Sequence record: ON113170.1
DNA from: Enterococcus phage vB_OCPT_CCS1
DNA length: 64,000 bases
Reading direction: 5' to 3' (one strand)
The notes under the pieces are model-generated. The model was not told the DNA's origin, made no database searches, and saw nothing but the letters and a program-made list of their open reading frames with translations. Below are positions 19,408-29,422 of the stretch, in pieces; positions within the stretch are counted from its first letter, which is position 1; the number at the start of each line of letters is the position of its first letter. The position numbers and the translations under genes were made by a program.

Positions 19408-21051
19408 ATGACAAGTCAATGCTTAACAAATGAAATTCGAGCACAATATAGTCTAGGCAACGGAATTGTTGAGTTCGTTGAAAGATTAGCTAAAAAAGCA
19501 CAGCAATGGGGAGAAACATTTGCTACCCCTATACGCAAGACAACTGTAGCTGAGGAGATGGGACGTGACACACGTACTGTTACTCGGTATCTAGGACAAC
19601 TTGAAGAGTTGGGTCTTGTTAGTACAGAAGCAAAACGTGGTAGAAATGGAGGAACTGTTGTCGTGTTTAATACTGATATTCTAAATTTTGAACCAACTGA
19701 TAACCCGATTACTTCGGAGACAAAGGAAGCTAAGGAGATTCGTGAACGTGTCTTCCCAAAAGCACCAACTCCGAAGCCTAAAAGACGGTACCGTACAAAA
19801 TTAGAGATTGCAGAAGCTCGCATTTTAGAACAAAAGCAAAAAAGCTTTGAAGAACGCTTAAACGACTTACTTGAACGTACCTTCTTGGATAGAGACTTTT
19901 TTGATAATTTCGAAGAACCTCGTTTGTATTTCCAAGGGTATTTAATTGCACAAATGTACAATGCTTATGCAGTTATTTTCCCAAAGAATAGACATGAGTT
20001 CTTCAAAGATATTGATGTTAAAAAATCAGAGGAAGGTTTACGTAGTATGAACAAAGCTAAATCATACAACGTGTTACCTGCTCGTTTTGTAGGAACCCCA
20101 CAGTACAACAAATTTGTTGAAGTAGCTAGGTACTGTAATGAGAATAATATTAACCCATTATCTTATCTAACTGTTCAATTTGAGCGTGCAGAGCATTTAG
20201 CTGACATTGGTAAAGCTCGTGTAGGGGCTATTCCTTATGTAAACACTCTACTGTGTGAAGAAGCTCGTAAAGCTTATTCTGACAATGTAATGTTTTATCG
20301 TAAAATGCGTAATAGCTTTAACTTATTCGGTATGAGTAGTAGTTCTGTTCCGTATAAAGGGGCTAAATATGAGATTATTGTAGCTCTACGTACTGCGTAC
20401 GAATTAGATAGAACAACGAGAGATACTTTCAACTACTTATTAGACGAATTAGCTAGTGGTGCACAACAATCAGTGAAACAAGCAACCTTGTTAGGTTATT
20501 ACAATACTACTTTAAATGCTCTTTCAGAAAGTGATTTAGCAGATGAAGACCAACAATTAATCAGAGATTTCTTAAAAGAGCAAGTATTGCTATATTCACG
20601 TAAGAACTCATTGAGCAGTACTATCTATGCTTTAGCTTTCCCATTACAAATTAGCGCTGTTAATTCAGTTGCGACCCTAAAAGGTCTTGACAAAGAGATG
20701 TATTACACTTATATTGGTAATATGTACAAGGTTACAGATGTTAACGATGATGAATACGATAGTTTCACGGAACGTGGTCGAACAATTGACTTCTCTTACA
20801 ATGCTAATGATACTTTCTTTAGTACAATGCGATTAATTGCAGATTGTAAGGGTCTAGGAGTTCCGGCAGGTAAGCTAGGAAGCGCCTTACAAAAATTCGG
20901 TGAAGAAAAAGTTCCGTTAGATACTTTTGGTATGTTAGATATTGAACGTATCTATGATAAATTGATTGATTCGGATGAGTTAGCCAAAGACCGATATATT
21001 CAAGACAAAGATGCAACCATGATGAGTATGGTTGTGACTGACGAGGGGTAG
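19408..21051 (+). CDS. replication initiation (Rep)-like protein
   Basis: N-terminal winged-HTH-like segment TVTRYLGQLEELGLVSTEAKRGRNGGTVV. Conserved position between the two helicase genes. Confidence 0.4.
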   Translation: MTSQCLTNEIRAQYSLGNGIVEFVERLAKKAQQWGETFATPIRKTTVAEEMGRDTRTVTRYLGQLEELGLVSTEAKRGRNGGTVVVFNTDILNFEPTDNPITSETKEAKEIRERVFPKAPTPKPKRRYRTKLEIAEARILEQKQKSFEERLNDLLERTFLDRDFFDNFEEPRLYFQGYLIAQMYNAYAVIFPKNRHEFFKDIDVKKSEEGLRSMNKAKSYNVLPARFVGTPQYNKFVEVARYCNENNINPLSYLTVQFERAEHLADIGKARVGAIPYVNTLLCEEARKAYSDNVMFYRKMRNSFNLFGMSSSSVPYKGAKYEIIVALRTAYELDRTTRDTFNYLLDELASGAQQSVKQATLLGYYNTTLNALSESDLADEDQQLIRDFLKEQVLLYSRKNSLSSTIYALAFPLQISAVNSVATLKGLDKEMYYTYIGNMYKVTDVNDDEYDSFTERGRTIDFSYNANDTFFSTMRLIADCKGLGVPAGKLGSALQKFGEEKVPLDTFGMLDIERIYDKLIDSDELAKDRYIQDKDATMMSMVVTDEG

Positions 21052-21064
21052 GGAGAAAAGCAGA

Positions 21065-22537
21065 ATGAGTCAAATTCACAAACAAACCATTTATAAAGCC
21101 ATTAGTGAACCTTTGTTCGCAAAGGATGTTTTTAGTCGATTACCAATTGAAGATTTTAAAGAGGATGGATACGACATGATTGTATCCACCTTAAATCTTT
21201 ATTATCGTACACATGATGCTCCACTAGAGGAACAAACGTTGTTAACTCTTGTGGAAGACAAAATGTTGAAACAAAACAAAAGTTTAGAAGCACAGCAAGT
21301 TGCTTTTAACTTAGTAAGTGACCTTTACAAATTAGAGGAAGCAGAAACAGATTCGGAAGCAATTAGTGAAAGTGTTCAGAACTATGTACGTAAGACTTTA
21401 ACACGTGAAGCTATCATGGAAGCTGTAACGAATGATGGAGCATTAGGTTCTGACCAAAACATTCAGAGCCTTATGGAGTCTTTGCGTGGAATCATGACAA
21501 TCGACACAGGCGGACATGGAGCAGAACTTTTAGATTTCTTTGCTGATATTGATAAGAAAAAAGAACATCTACGTAATTTACAGCAAAACAAATATCCAAC
21601 AGGTTTCATGGCTATTGATGCTATCTCTGATGGTGGTTTAGCCCGTGGTGAGGTTGGTATGGTTATTGCACCTACAGGTGGTGGTAAAACTACTTGGGCA
21701 GTAAACCAAGCTAGAAATTATGTTGTACGAGGTTTAAACGTGTTATACGTTCCTTTGGAGGAGAAAATTGACCGTATGATTGTTCGTTTTGAACAGCTTC
21801 TATCTCAACAAAGTAAGAACAGTATCCTAGTTGATGGGGAGTTAAACGAACAGTTATATGACCAAATTCAACAAGCGTATGGTGCAGGTAAAGAACAGTT
21901 AAACTGGGGGAACTTATGGATTCGTAAATACAAACCCCAAGAGCTAACTCCTAGTGGGCTATCTCAATTGATTTCTGACGTAATGATTCGTAAAGGACAA
22001 CAAATTGACGTAGTTATTATTGACTACCCTGATTTGATGAAGAATCCCCATTCAAGTGGTGGTAACGGAGAGTCAGATGCGGGTGGTAAATTATACGAAG
22101 ATATTCGTTCAATTGCCCAAGAATATGACTTTGTTTGTTGGACTCTATCTCAGTTGAACCGTGCTAGTTATGGTCAAGAAGTGAAGAATGCCGGAGCAAT
22201 TGAGGGTTCAAAACGTAAAATGAATGCGGTAGAATTAATCTTCACACTTAACCAAACACCAGAAGAGTTCCAAAGTGGGTTTATTCGTGCTTACGTAGAC
22301 AAGTTACGTAATAACAGTGGTGTAGCTTATGATAAAATGTTGTATTTTAAAGTTATCCCCGAAACAATGACAATTCGTGATGAGACCCAAGAAGAACGAA
22401 TGGCTCATGCGAACTTGTTAGAACAAACAATGGAAGTAGCCAGAGATAACTACAAGAAGGAAAACAATTTTACACCAAAGGATGCCCAAAGTAAAATTAA
22501 CAACTTAAACGCACAGCTAGCAGGAGGTCTAAAATAA
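21065..22537 (+). CDS. DnaB-like replicative helicase (RecA-fold ATPase)
   Basis: Walker A GMVIAPTGGGKTTWAV. Walker B DVVIIDYPD. Confidence 0.65.
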   Translation: MSQIHKQTIYKAISEPLFAKDVFSRLPIEDFKEDGYDMIVSTLNLYYRTHDAPLEEQTLLTLVEDKMLKQNKSLEAQQVAFNLVSDLYKLEEAETDSEAISESVQNYVRKTLTREAIMEAVTNDGALGSDQNIQSLMESLRGIMTIDTGGHGAELLDFFADIDKKKEHLRNLQQNKYPTGFMAIDAISDGGLARGEVGMVIAPTGGGKTTWAVNQARNYVVRGLNVLYVPLEEKIDRMIVRFEQLLSQQSKNSILVDGELNEQLYDQIQQAYGAGKEQLNWGNLWIRKYKPQELTPSGLSQLISDVMIRKGQQIDVVIIDYPDLMKNPHSSGGNGESDAGGKLYEDIRSIAQEYDFVCWTLSQLNRASYGQEVKNAGAIEGSKRKMNAVELIFTLNQTPEEFQSGFIRAYVDKLRNNSGVAYDKMLYFKVIPETMTIRDETQEERMAHANLLEQTMEVARDNYKKENNFTPKDAQSKINNLNAQLAGGLK

Positions 22538-23577
22538 TGAAACATATTATTAACTTTTCTGATTTTCATATGCACTTTTTTAAGGACTTCTCTAAGCCAG
22601 ATGCTGTTTATGTTACTGACCGAGCAAAAGAACAAATAAAGGTTCTCGAAGACTTAATGAATTACGCTCGTGAAGTTAAAGGAGATGTTTTATTTAATGG
22701 AGACCTGTTTCATAAACGGGTTTCTATTGATGTCAGAATATTCAACATGATGTTCGAGGTATTTAGTTCATACCCAGATGTACCAATAATCATGGTTAGT
22801 GGTAATCACGATAAGGTAACGAATGCTCTAGCCTCTGACAGCGCCCTAGAAGCGTTTAATGCTTTACCTAATGTAACTGTCATCTCTACAATGGAAAAGC
22901 TTGTACGGGACGAATACACGCTTTATGGAGTGAGTTACGGGGAAGAAGTAGATGAAATGAAGGAATGGATTGCAGAAGAGGCTAAGAAGTTAGACCCTAA
23001 CACAATCAACATACTTTGTGCTCATATCGGTGTTGATGGTTCTTCTACTGGACAGTATTCCCATACACTTAGTGGAGCATTCAAGGTAGCTGACCTGTAT
23101 CCTGATAATTTTGATATTGTTACGCTTGGTCACTATCATAAACGACAATTCTTAGGTGGACTATCTAATGTATTTTACGTAGGTAACACCTTACAGACTT
23201 CTTTTGCTGATGAAGGTCAAGCTAAAGGCTTTATGGATATTACCTTAGATGGTAAAGAATGGAGTATGGAATTTGTCAAAGCAAACTATACCCCATTTAT
23301 GACTGTAACAGCAGATACAGTACCAGAAGATTTAAGCGGAGCATTTATCCAGTTTGTTGGTAACGTTACTGAAACCGAAGCTGTTAAAAAGCTTAAAGAA
23401 GACAATGACCTGTCTAACTTACGAATTAAAGTGCAGAAGGACTATTATGTACCTCCACGTATTGAAATTACAGCAGGTTCCACCCCAGAAGAAGTTGTAC
23501 GAGCATTTACCGATAAGAAATACCCCGATTTACAGGACAAAGCTTTAGAATGTTTACGTATAGCTACAGAGATATAA
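22537..23577 (+). CDS. sbcD: SbcD/Mre11-family nuclease
   Basis: Metallophosphoesterase motifs DFHMH, NGDLFH, GNHD, GHYH. Start overlaps previous stop (TAATG). Confidence 0.8.
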   Translation: MKHIINFSDFHMHFFKDFSKPDAVYVTDRAKEQIKVLEDLMNYAREVKGDVLFNGDLFHKRVSIDVRIFNMMFEVFSSYPDVPIIMVSGNHDKVTNALASDSALEAFNALPNVTVISTMEKLVRDEYTLYGVSYGEEVDEMKEWIAEEAKKLDPNTINILCAHIGVDGSSTGQYSHTLSGAFKVADLYPDNFDIVTLGHYHKRQFLGGLSNVFYVGNTLQTSFADEGQAKGFMDITLDGKEWSMEFVKANYTPFMTVTADTVPEDLSGAFIQFVGNVTETEAVKKLKEDNDLSNLRIKVQKDYYVPPRIEITAGSTPEEVVRAFTDKKYPDLQDKALECLRIATEI

Positions 23578-23592
23578 ATTAATAGATTTTTT

Positions 23593-23620
23593 AAGCCCAG
23601 AACATTCTGGGCTTTTTTGG
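23593..23620 (+). terminator. rho-independent terminator
   Basis: AAGCCCAGAACATTCTGGGCTT hairpin followed by TTTTTG. Confidence 0.7.
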
Positions 23621-23629
23621 CATACACCC

Positions 23630-23658
23630 TTGACATGTAAGTGCTTGTAATGTATACT
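23630..23658 (+). promoter_or_regulatory. sigma-A-type promoter
   Basis: TTGACA-17-TATACT. Confidence 0.6.
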
Positions 23659-23695
23659 TATGTTAGTAACAGACATACACTTACAGGAGGTAAAA

Positions 23696-25588
23696 ATGTT
23701 AAAGTTTAAACGTGTAAGCGCAAAGAACTATCTCTCTATTGGAGAAGTATCTATCGACTTAGATAATCGAGGGCTTGTTTTAATCGAGGGAATTAATGAC
23801 ACGAACGAAACGTTCCAGAGTAATGGTTCAGGTAAAAGTACGTTGCTGTCAACTGTCACTTATGCACTATATGGCACTACACCTAGTGGCTTAAAAGCGG
23901 ATGCTGTAATTAATAGACAGGTCAAAAAGAACATGTCTGTTATTTTAGAGTTTGAAAAAGACGGTATCCCATATAGAATTGAACGTTATCGTAAACATAG
24001 TAAATTTAAAAATACAACGAAGTTATTTCAAGGAGATACTGATTTAACACAAAAATCTGTAGCCGATACAGACAAAAAAATCTTAGACATCTTCGGGATT
24101 GATTACCTTACATATGCAAATAGCATCATGTACGGACAAGGAAACGTAGAAATATTTGCTACTGCTACAGATAAGGGTAAGAAGCAAATATTAGAAAATC
24201 TAGCTGATATTGGTGTATACCGATATGCACAGGATGTAGCAAAAGAAAAAGAAAAAGAAGCTAATGCTTTAGTAGAAGAACTTGGTAGACAGCACATGAC
24301 TAAGGTAGCTGAGATAGAAACATTAAAACAAGTTTATTCTAGTGCATTAGAACAATACGCTAATACAGAAAGAATGATTGTTGCTCGGAAACAAGAGTAT
24401 GAAGAAGCCAGATTAAAATATACCGAGGCAGAAGACATGCTCGCTCAAATGGAACAAGAAGTAACACCAAAGATTGAACAACTAACTAAAGAGTTGGAAG
24501 CTTGCGCAGTCCCAGAAGATAGCTTTGCAATATCAGAGGAATTGCGAGAACAGCAGGCTAATCTGTTTAAGTTAAATCAAGCAAAAACTACTACACAACA
24601 AGCTATTAATAAAGCACAAGTAGATTTGAGTAACACTGAGCAAGCTACAAATTGTCAGTTATGTGGTGCACCTCTAGATGCGGAACATCGGCAAAAAGAG
24701 ATGTTACGATTGCAACAAGAAATTCAGGAGAAACAAGCTTTCATTACACAATTAGATTCAGCAATTGTTGCTTACTCTGATTTGGAACAGAAAGCTAAAG
24801 AAAAACAGGCAAGGGTACAGCAAGAAGTTAATGAAGTTGTTACAAAACAACGCAATATACAGTCAGCTATTAATGAATTAAACAATCGTTTACGTACGGC
24901 TGAAAATGCTGTAGCACTTACACGGAACAATGTAACTAATCTATCAGGAGCCATAGCTCACTTAGAGGGCATTCCGAAACCAGAATATGACACGGAAGCG
25001 GAAGCTCGTATTAAAGCAGAAATGGAAGACATTACTAAACGAAAAGAATTAGCAGAACAAGAAGCAAGACAATACCATATTTTAGCACTAGAAGTCTTCT
25101 CAAATAAAGGGATTCGTTCGGAGGTATTAGACCTAGTAACACCATTCTTAAATGAACGAGCTAACCACTATTTGTCTACTTTATCCGGTTCTGATATTGA
25201 AATTAGATTTAGTACACAGACAGAAAATGCAGACGGAAGTCTAAAAGATAAATTTGATTTAGAGGTAATTAACGGTTCTGGTGGAGACACCTACCAAGCA
25301 AACTCTGAGGGTGAGAAGAAGAGAATTGATTTAGCTATCTCCTTTGCCATCCAAGACTTGGTACAATCAAAAGCAAACATTGCTGTGAACCTAGGCTTAT
25401 ACGATGAATGTTTTGATGGCTTAGATTCTATCGGCTGTGAAAATGTGATTAAGATTTTGAAAGAAAGACAGAAAAACATTAGCAGTATCTTTGTTATTAC
25501 ACATAATGACAATCTCAAACCATTGTTCGAAAATGTAGTTACTATGCAAAAAACAGAAGGAAATTCCTTCTTAGTTGAAAATAAGTAA
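23696..25588 (+). CDS. sbcC: SbcC/Rad50-family ATPase
   Basis: Walker A QSNGSGKST. Long coiled coil with CQLCGAP zinc hook. Walker B LYDECFDGLD. The ATG at 23696 has an AGGAGGT RBS; the tool's 23660 start has none. Confidence 0.8.
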   Translation: MLKFKRVSAKNYLSIGEVSIDLDNRGLVLIEGINDTNETFQSNGSGKSTLLSTVTYALYGTTPSGLKADAVINRQVKKNMSVILEFEKDGIPYRIERYRKHSKFKNTTKLFQGDTDLTQKSVADTDKKILDIFGIDYLTYANSIMYGQGNVEIFATATDKGKKQILENLADIGVYRYAQDVAKEKEKEANALVEELGRQHMTKVAEIETLKQVYSSALEQYANTERMIVARKQEYEEARLKYTEAEDMLAQMEQEVTPKIEQLTKELEACAVPEDSFAISEELREQQANLFKLNQAKTTTQQAINKAQVDLSNTEQATNCQLCGAPLDAEHRQKEMLRLQQEIQEKQAFITQLDSAIVAYSDLEQKAKEKQARVQQEVNEVVTKQRNIQSAINELNNRLRTAENAVALTRNNVTNLSGAIAHLEGIPKPEYDTEAEARIKAEMEDITKRKELAEQEARQYHILALEVFSNKGIRSEVLDLVTPFLNERANHYLSTLSGSDIEIRFSTQTENADGSLKDKFDLEVINGSGGDTYQANSEGEKKRIDLAISFAIQDLVQSKANIAVNLGLYDECFDGLDSIGCENVIKILKERQKNISSIFVITHNDNLKPLFENVVTMQKTEGNSFLVENK

Positions 25589-25601
25589 GGATGGTAATTA
25601 C

Positions 25602-26261
25602 ATGAAATTATATTCAGTAGATAAAGGGCGTAACCTTGGAACGGTACTCGTCCCAACAAATGTAGGCTACACACAACGTTTAGATTTCCCACTTGACACA
25701 TTGTTTGATTGGTACCCATGTTGCCCAAGATATGATTACAAGTACAGTGATACACGAGATAAGATGTACATTGTAATGATTGAGGAAAATGAAAAGCTTC
25801 CGTTACGTTACAATGTACCACCAACAAAAAAACGTGTAAAGTCAAAAACTGCTTGCTTTATTACAAATACTTGGTATAATCAAGAAGTAGCTGACGAAAA
25901 TAAAAAGTTATTCAGCTTTGCAGAAAACTATGACATTGTAACACCTAACAAAGAGAATTATACTCTGGAAGACATAAACAAGAGTATTGAACGTGTACAG
26001 GACATTTTAGACATGCTGTACACAGTTCAAGAAAAACAAGTAGAAAAAGACTTGATTGTTCGAGTTGGTACTTTGGAAAAAGAAGCTCCTGATTCAGAAG
26101 AATTGAAGGCAGTACATCAGGAAATTAAAGAATACATGCAGTTAGACCGAGAGGGAAAAGCTTCACATGTATTAAGCTTATTGCCCCAACATGTCGAAGA
26201 GTTATATGCAAACTTTGGAGAAGTTTACACAATGTTAAATCTAATGAAGAAAGTAGTGTAG
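25602..26261 (+). CDS. hypothetical protein
   Basis: ATG after TAAGGATGG. Overlaps the sbcC stop. Confidence 0.4.
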   Translation: MKLYSVDKGRNLGTVLVPTNVGYTQRLDFPLDTLFDWYPCCPRYDYKYSDTRDKMYIVMIEENEKLPLRYNVPPTKKRVKSKTACFITNTWYNQEVADENKKLFSFAENYDIVTPNKENYTLEDINKSIERVQDILDMLYTVQEKQVEKDLIVRVGTLEKEAPDSEELKAVHQEIKEYMQLDREGKASHVLSLLPQHVEELYANFGEVYTMLNLMKKVV

Positions 26262-26264
26262 GAA

Positions 26265-27320
26265 ATGTTCTCAGACCTTCTAACAAATGAACTAGGCATA
26301 CCAAAAGACATTGAACACGAATTGCGATATAACTGTCCGTTCTGTGAACCAAATCATGACTATAAATTATACGTCAAGGTTAGTGATGATAATACGAATG
26401 GATTGTGGATTTGTTTTAAGTGTGGTCGTAAAGGTAACCCTATATCGTTTGTAATGGAATACTTTGGTGTCTCTTTTGAAGAAGCATTAGAGATTCTAGA
26501 GGGTTATGGTTACAGATTCCAGAATAAGAACTACATTCCAAAAGATGATTCATTAACGGATGAAGAGTACTTATTGTTACTACTTGATACTGTAGGGAAA
26601 CCTAAGACGGTAGAAGAGGAGGAAGAAGAAAACCTCACGCCCCCTCCTTTACCACAAGGATTCCAACTATTATCACAAAATCTCTACAATCCAGAAGCAT
26701 ACCCATTTTTAGTTTATTGTCATAAACGAGGTTTTACTTTAAATGACATTATCCGACACAATATTGGGTATGTACTAGATAGCACAGTCAATCTTCCATC
26801 AGGAAGACAGATTAGGTTAAAGAACCATTTAGTATTCCTTACACATGGTGACGATGGACAGTATCAGTATTGGAATACACGTGCGATTGCTGATAGCTAT
26901 ATAAAGTCTTTTAATGCACCTAGTAAGGATGGAGAGTACTCCAAGAAGAATACTATATTCAATCTTAACATTGCGTGTAAAACTCCACAAGTAGTAATTA
27001 CTGAGGGGGTTCCTGATGCACTAACTTTAGGAGAATCTGGTGTAGGTACATTTGGTAAACAGGTTACAGATGCGCAGATTAATTTAATACTTAAGAGTGT
27101 TACTCCTGAGCAACCAATTTATGTGTACCTAGACAAGGATGCAAAGAATGAGATAAAAAAACTTGCAGAGCGTTTGTATGAACGACATAAAGAAACTTAT
27201 ATTGTTATAAGTCCTACAGACAAAGACCCGAATAGTATTGGTAAAGAGAGTGCTTGGGAAATTATTAAGAACCATTCTGTAAGAGCAGATGGCGTAGGTA
27301 TAATTAAATTGATGTTATAG
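26265..27320 (+). CDS. DNA primase (zinc-binding + TOPRIM)
   Basis: CPFCEPNHDYKLYV...CFKCGRKGN zinc ribbon. TOPRIM ITEGVPDALT...YLDKD. Confidence 0.75.
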   Translation: MFSDLLTNELGIPKDIEHELRYNCPFCEPNHDYKLYVKVSDDNTNGLWICFKCGRKGNPISFVMEYFGVSFEEALEILEGYGYRFQNKNYIPKDDSLTDEEYLLLLLDTVGKPKTVEEEEEENLTPPPLPQGFQLLSQNLYNPEAYPFLVYCHKRGFTLNDIIRHNIGYVLDSTVNLPSGRQIRLKNHLVFLTHGDDGQYQYWNTRAIADSYIKSFNAPSKDGEYSKKNTIFNLNIACKTPQVVITEGVPDALTLGESGVGTFGKQVTDAQINLILKSVTPEQPIYVYLDKDAKNEIKKLAERLYERHKETYIVISPTDKDPNSIGKESAWEIIKNHSVRADGVGIIKLML

Positions 27321-27329
27321 GAGGTACGT

Positions 27330-27992
27330 ATGGAGACAATTAAATATGAAGTACATTGGGTACACCATCAATTAGACGAAGACAAAACTCATGGTGTTTT
27401 TGATACATTGGAAGAAGCTATTCAGTCCGTATACGATTGGTGGAATCAGCATGATTATGAACCACCATATGTGCGTATGTGGACAAAAGACGGTGTAACT
27501 ACATTGGACTATGGCTTCCATTACATGTTTTACAAAATAAAAGAGATAAAGGAGACTAATGAATTGAATCCAGTAGTTAAGTTTACTAAGAGTGAGGGAG
27601 CCATTGCTCCAAAACGAGGACGAGAAGCTGATGTAGCACATGACTTGTTTACAGATAAGGATGCTGTAATTGTACCGGGAAGGCTAGGAGCAACAGTAGT
27701 TACTACAGGAATTAGAACAGCTTTTGACCCTAATTTGTATGGTCTGTTTATCAACCCACGTGGGGGCATGATGAAGTACCCATTAACTCTAGGTAACACA
27801 CAAGGTGTTGTTGAAGGAGAATACCGTGGGGATGTCGGACTTCCTCTTAAGAATACTTTCTCTTTACAATTCGGAGAATATACTAACGCTACTCATGTTT
27901 TAGTTATTACCGAAGACGGTAAGCTTGTAGGGAAACCAGTTAAAGAAGTACGTGAAAGCTATCCAGAATTTGATAAGCTTTATGAAGAATAA
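27330..27992 (+). CDS. dut: dUTPase, N-terminal 220 codons (motifs I-III) ending at an in-frame TAA
   Basis: AHDLF (motif I), INPRGG (II), GVVEGEYRGDVG (III). Preceded by a ~90-aa N-terminal extension. Confidence 0.7.
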   Translation: METIKYEVHWVHHQLDEDKTHGVFDTLEEAIQSVYDWWNQHDYEPPYVRMWTKDGVTTLDYGFHYMFYKIKEIKETNELNPVVKFTKSEGAIAPKRGREADVAHDLFTDKDAVIVPGRLGATVVTTGIRTAFDPNLYGLFINPRGGMMKYPLTLGNTQGVVEGEYRGDVGLPLKNTFSLQFGEYTNATHVLVITEDGKLVGKPVKEVRESYPEFDKLYEE

Positions 27993-28211
27993 CTAACTAA
28001 ATTAGGTAATGAGCTGGATTTAATCTATGGCAATATGTTTACTGGTGTTTCTGAAACCTATGTTGTTGCAGGAACTATCTTTATTCCAAAGGGTACTCGT
28101 TTATGCCAAGCATTCTTGCTTCCACGTTACGCTACTAATTTTGTTGAAGTAGACGAATTAGATGAAACAGAACGTGGTGAAGGTGCATACGGTTCGTCTG
28201 GTGTTAAATAA
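27993..28211 (+). other. dut: in-frame continuation of the dUTPase reading frame encoding motifs IV-V, with no start codon of its own
   Basis: Same frame as the 27330 ORF. Translates to ...IFIPKGTRLCQAFLLPRYATNFVEVDELDETERGEGAYGSSGVK*, which matches the E. coli Dut C-terminus pattern (RIAQ...RGEGGFGHSG). Confidence 0.7.
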
Positions 28212-28447
28212 TGGCTAGCCGTATCCCAGATTTAAAGATGCCACTTCTTTATCTTGTAGGAAATGCTTCTATTGGTACTCGTGAGCGTGGCTGTGATGTA
28301 ACAGTTACCTTACGAGACTTTTATGTAGACACCCCTGATGACAAGTTAGAACAACTAATAACTTTGACATACAAAGAAGACAAAATTGAAAATTTTACAC
28401 GAATTAGTGCAGATAAATGTTCATTTCGTGTTATACTAGGAGAGTAG
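28211..28447 (+). CDS. hypothetical protein (78 aa)
   Basis: Start overlaps the end of the dUTPase frame (TAATG). Confidence 0.45.
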   Translation: MASRIPDLKMPLLYLVGNASIGTRERGCDVTVTLRDFYVDTPDDKLEQLITLTYKEDKIENFTRISADKCSFRVILGE

Positions 28448-28450
28448 ACA

Positions 28451-28762
28451 ATGAAAGAATCACCAAGTGTAAAACTTACAGAAACTCATACAGTTACTCT
28501 TGTAAACACTGACGTACTTAAAGTAGGACAGGTTATTGGCTTTAGGGTTAACAGTCCTAAACAAGTAGGCACAGAAGTAGTAGATGTTTATTCCGAAGCT
28601 GTTGGGGTCATTGAACGTATCTGGTCAGAACGAATTGAGGTTTTAAACCTGATTACCGGTGGTCGTACAGACCTATGGGCAAATACGTTCGATTGGAGAG
28701 AAATTGAAATACTGTCAGATGCGGAACACCTGTTGGAGGCGTATAAGAATGGAATTTGCTGA
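28451..28762 (+). CDS. hypothetical protein (103 aa)
   Basis: ATG after GGAGAGTAGACA. Confidence 0.45.
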   Translation: MKESPSVKLTETHTVTLVNTDVLKVGQVIGFRVNSPKQVGTEVVDVYSEAVGVIERIWSERIEVLNLITGGRTDLWANTFDWREIEILSDAEHLLEAYKNGIC

Positions 28763-29060
28763 GTATTTCAATAAAATGCAAGAACATTATGCAAAAGGTG
28801 AAACTATTGAGGTAGAAAAGCTTATTAAAAGCGATGGTTCCAAACTAGTTACCTATGCTGAGTTTGAGGATGCTTTAGCTACTGTAGCACAGATTACTAC
28901 ACTTGCTATTGAAGAAGCATTTCAAGCACAGGAAGCCAAGTTTGGTCTTGTACTAAAAACATTAAGAGAACAAAAAGTTATCTCAGAAGATACTGAAAAA
29001 GCTATTCTTGCTGAGTTTAATAATATAAATGAACTTATGGAGGACGACATTAATGAGTAA
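28749..29060 (+). CDS. hypothetical protein
   Basis: ATG at 28749 (MEFAEYF...) overlaps the upstream stop. The tool's 28659 start lies inside the previous gene. Confidence 0.4.
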   Translation: MEFAEYFNKMQEHYAKGETIEVEKLIKSDGSKLVTYAEFEDALATVAQITTLAIEEAFQAQEAKFGLVLKTLREQKVISEDTEKAILAEFNNINELMEDDINE

Positions 29061-29421
29061 AAAAGCAAAACGTGTAGGATTTATTTCTGAGGAAGATATG
29101 AGAACATGGACAGAGTATTTAGCTACAGGACATGTTCATGATAAAAACCATGCAAAACAATTAGAACGTTTAAGTAAACGTGATATTAGCTTAGGGGACG
29201 TAGCTACTATCGTAGATTTCATGTCAAGACGTAATGATGGTTACATTACTGCTTTAATCGAACAAAACTCTGTTAACGAAAAATTATTTAATAAATTGGG
29301 CGTAACAGATGAAATGCGTAATGAAGCAAAAGCTGAATACGAAGTTGAATTGAAACAGGCACAGGAAGAAATTAAAAAGTTACAAGAAGAGCTAGCTGAA
29401 AAACTACAAAAGGGTGAGTAA
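29053..29421 (+). CDS. hypothetical coiled-coil protein
   Basis: ATG at 29053 (MSKKAKR...) after GGAGGACGAC. Confidence 0.4.
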   Translation: MSKKAKRVGFISEEDMRTWTEYLATGHVHDKNHAKQLERLSKRDISLGDVATIVDFMSRRNDGYITALIEQNSVNEKLFNKLGVTDEMRNEAKAEYEVELKQAQEEIKKLQEELAEKLQKGE

Positions 29422-29422
29422 T

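Noticed and set aside
23354-23636. Nested ORFs 23354-23548 (+) and 23445-23636 (-) inside and after the SbcD gene
   Set aside because: The plus-strand one is an alternative frame inside a motif-supported gene. The minus-strand one spans the terminator and promoter region.
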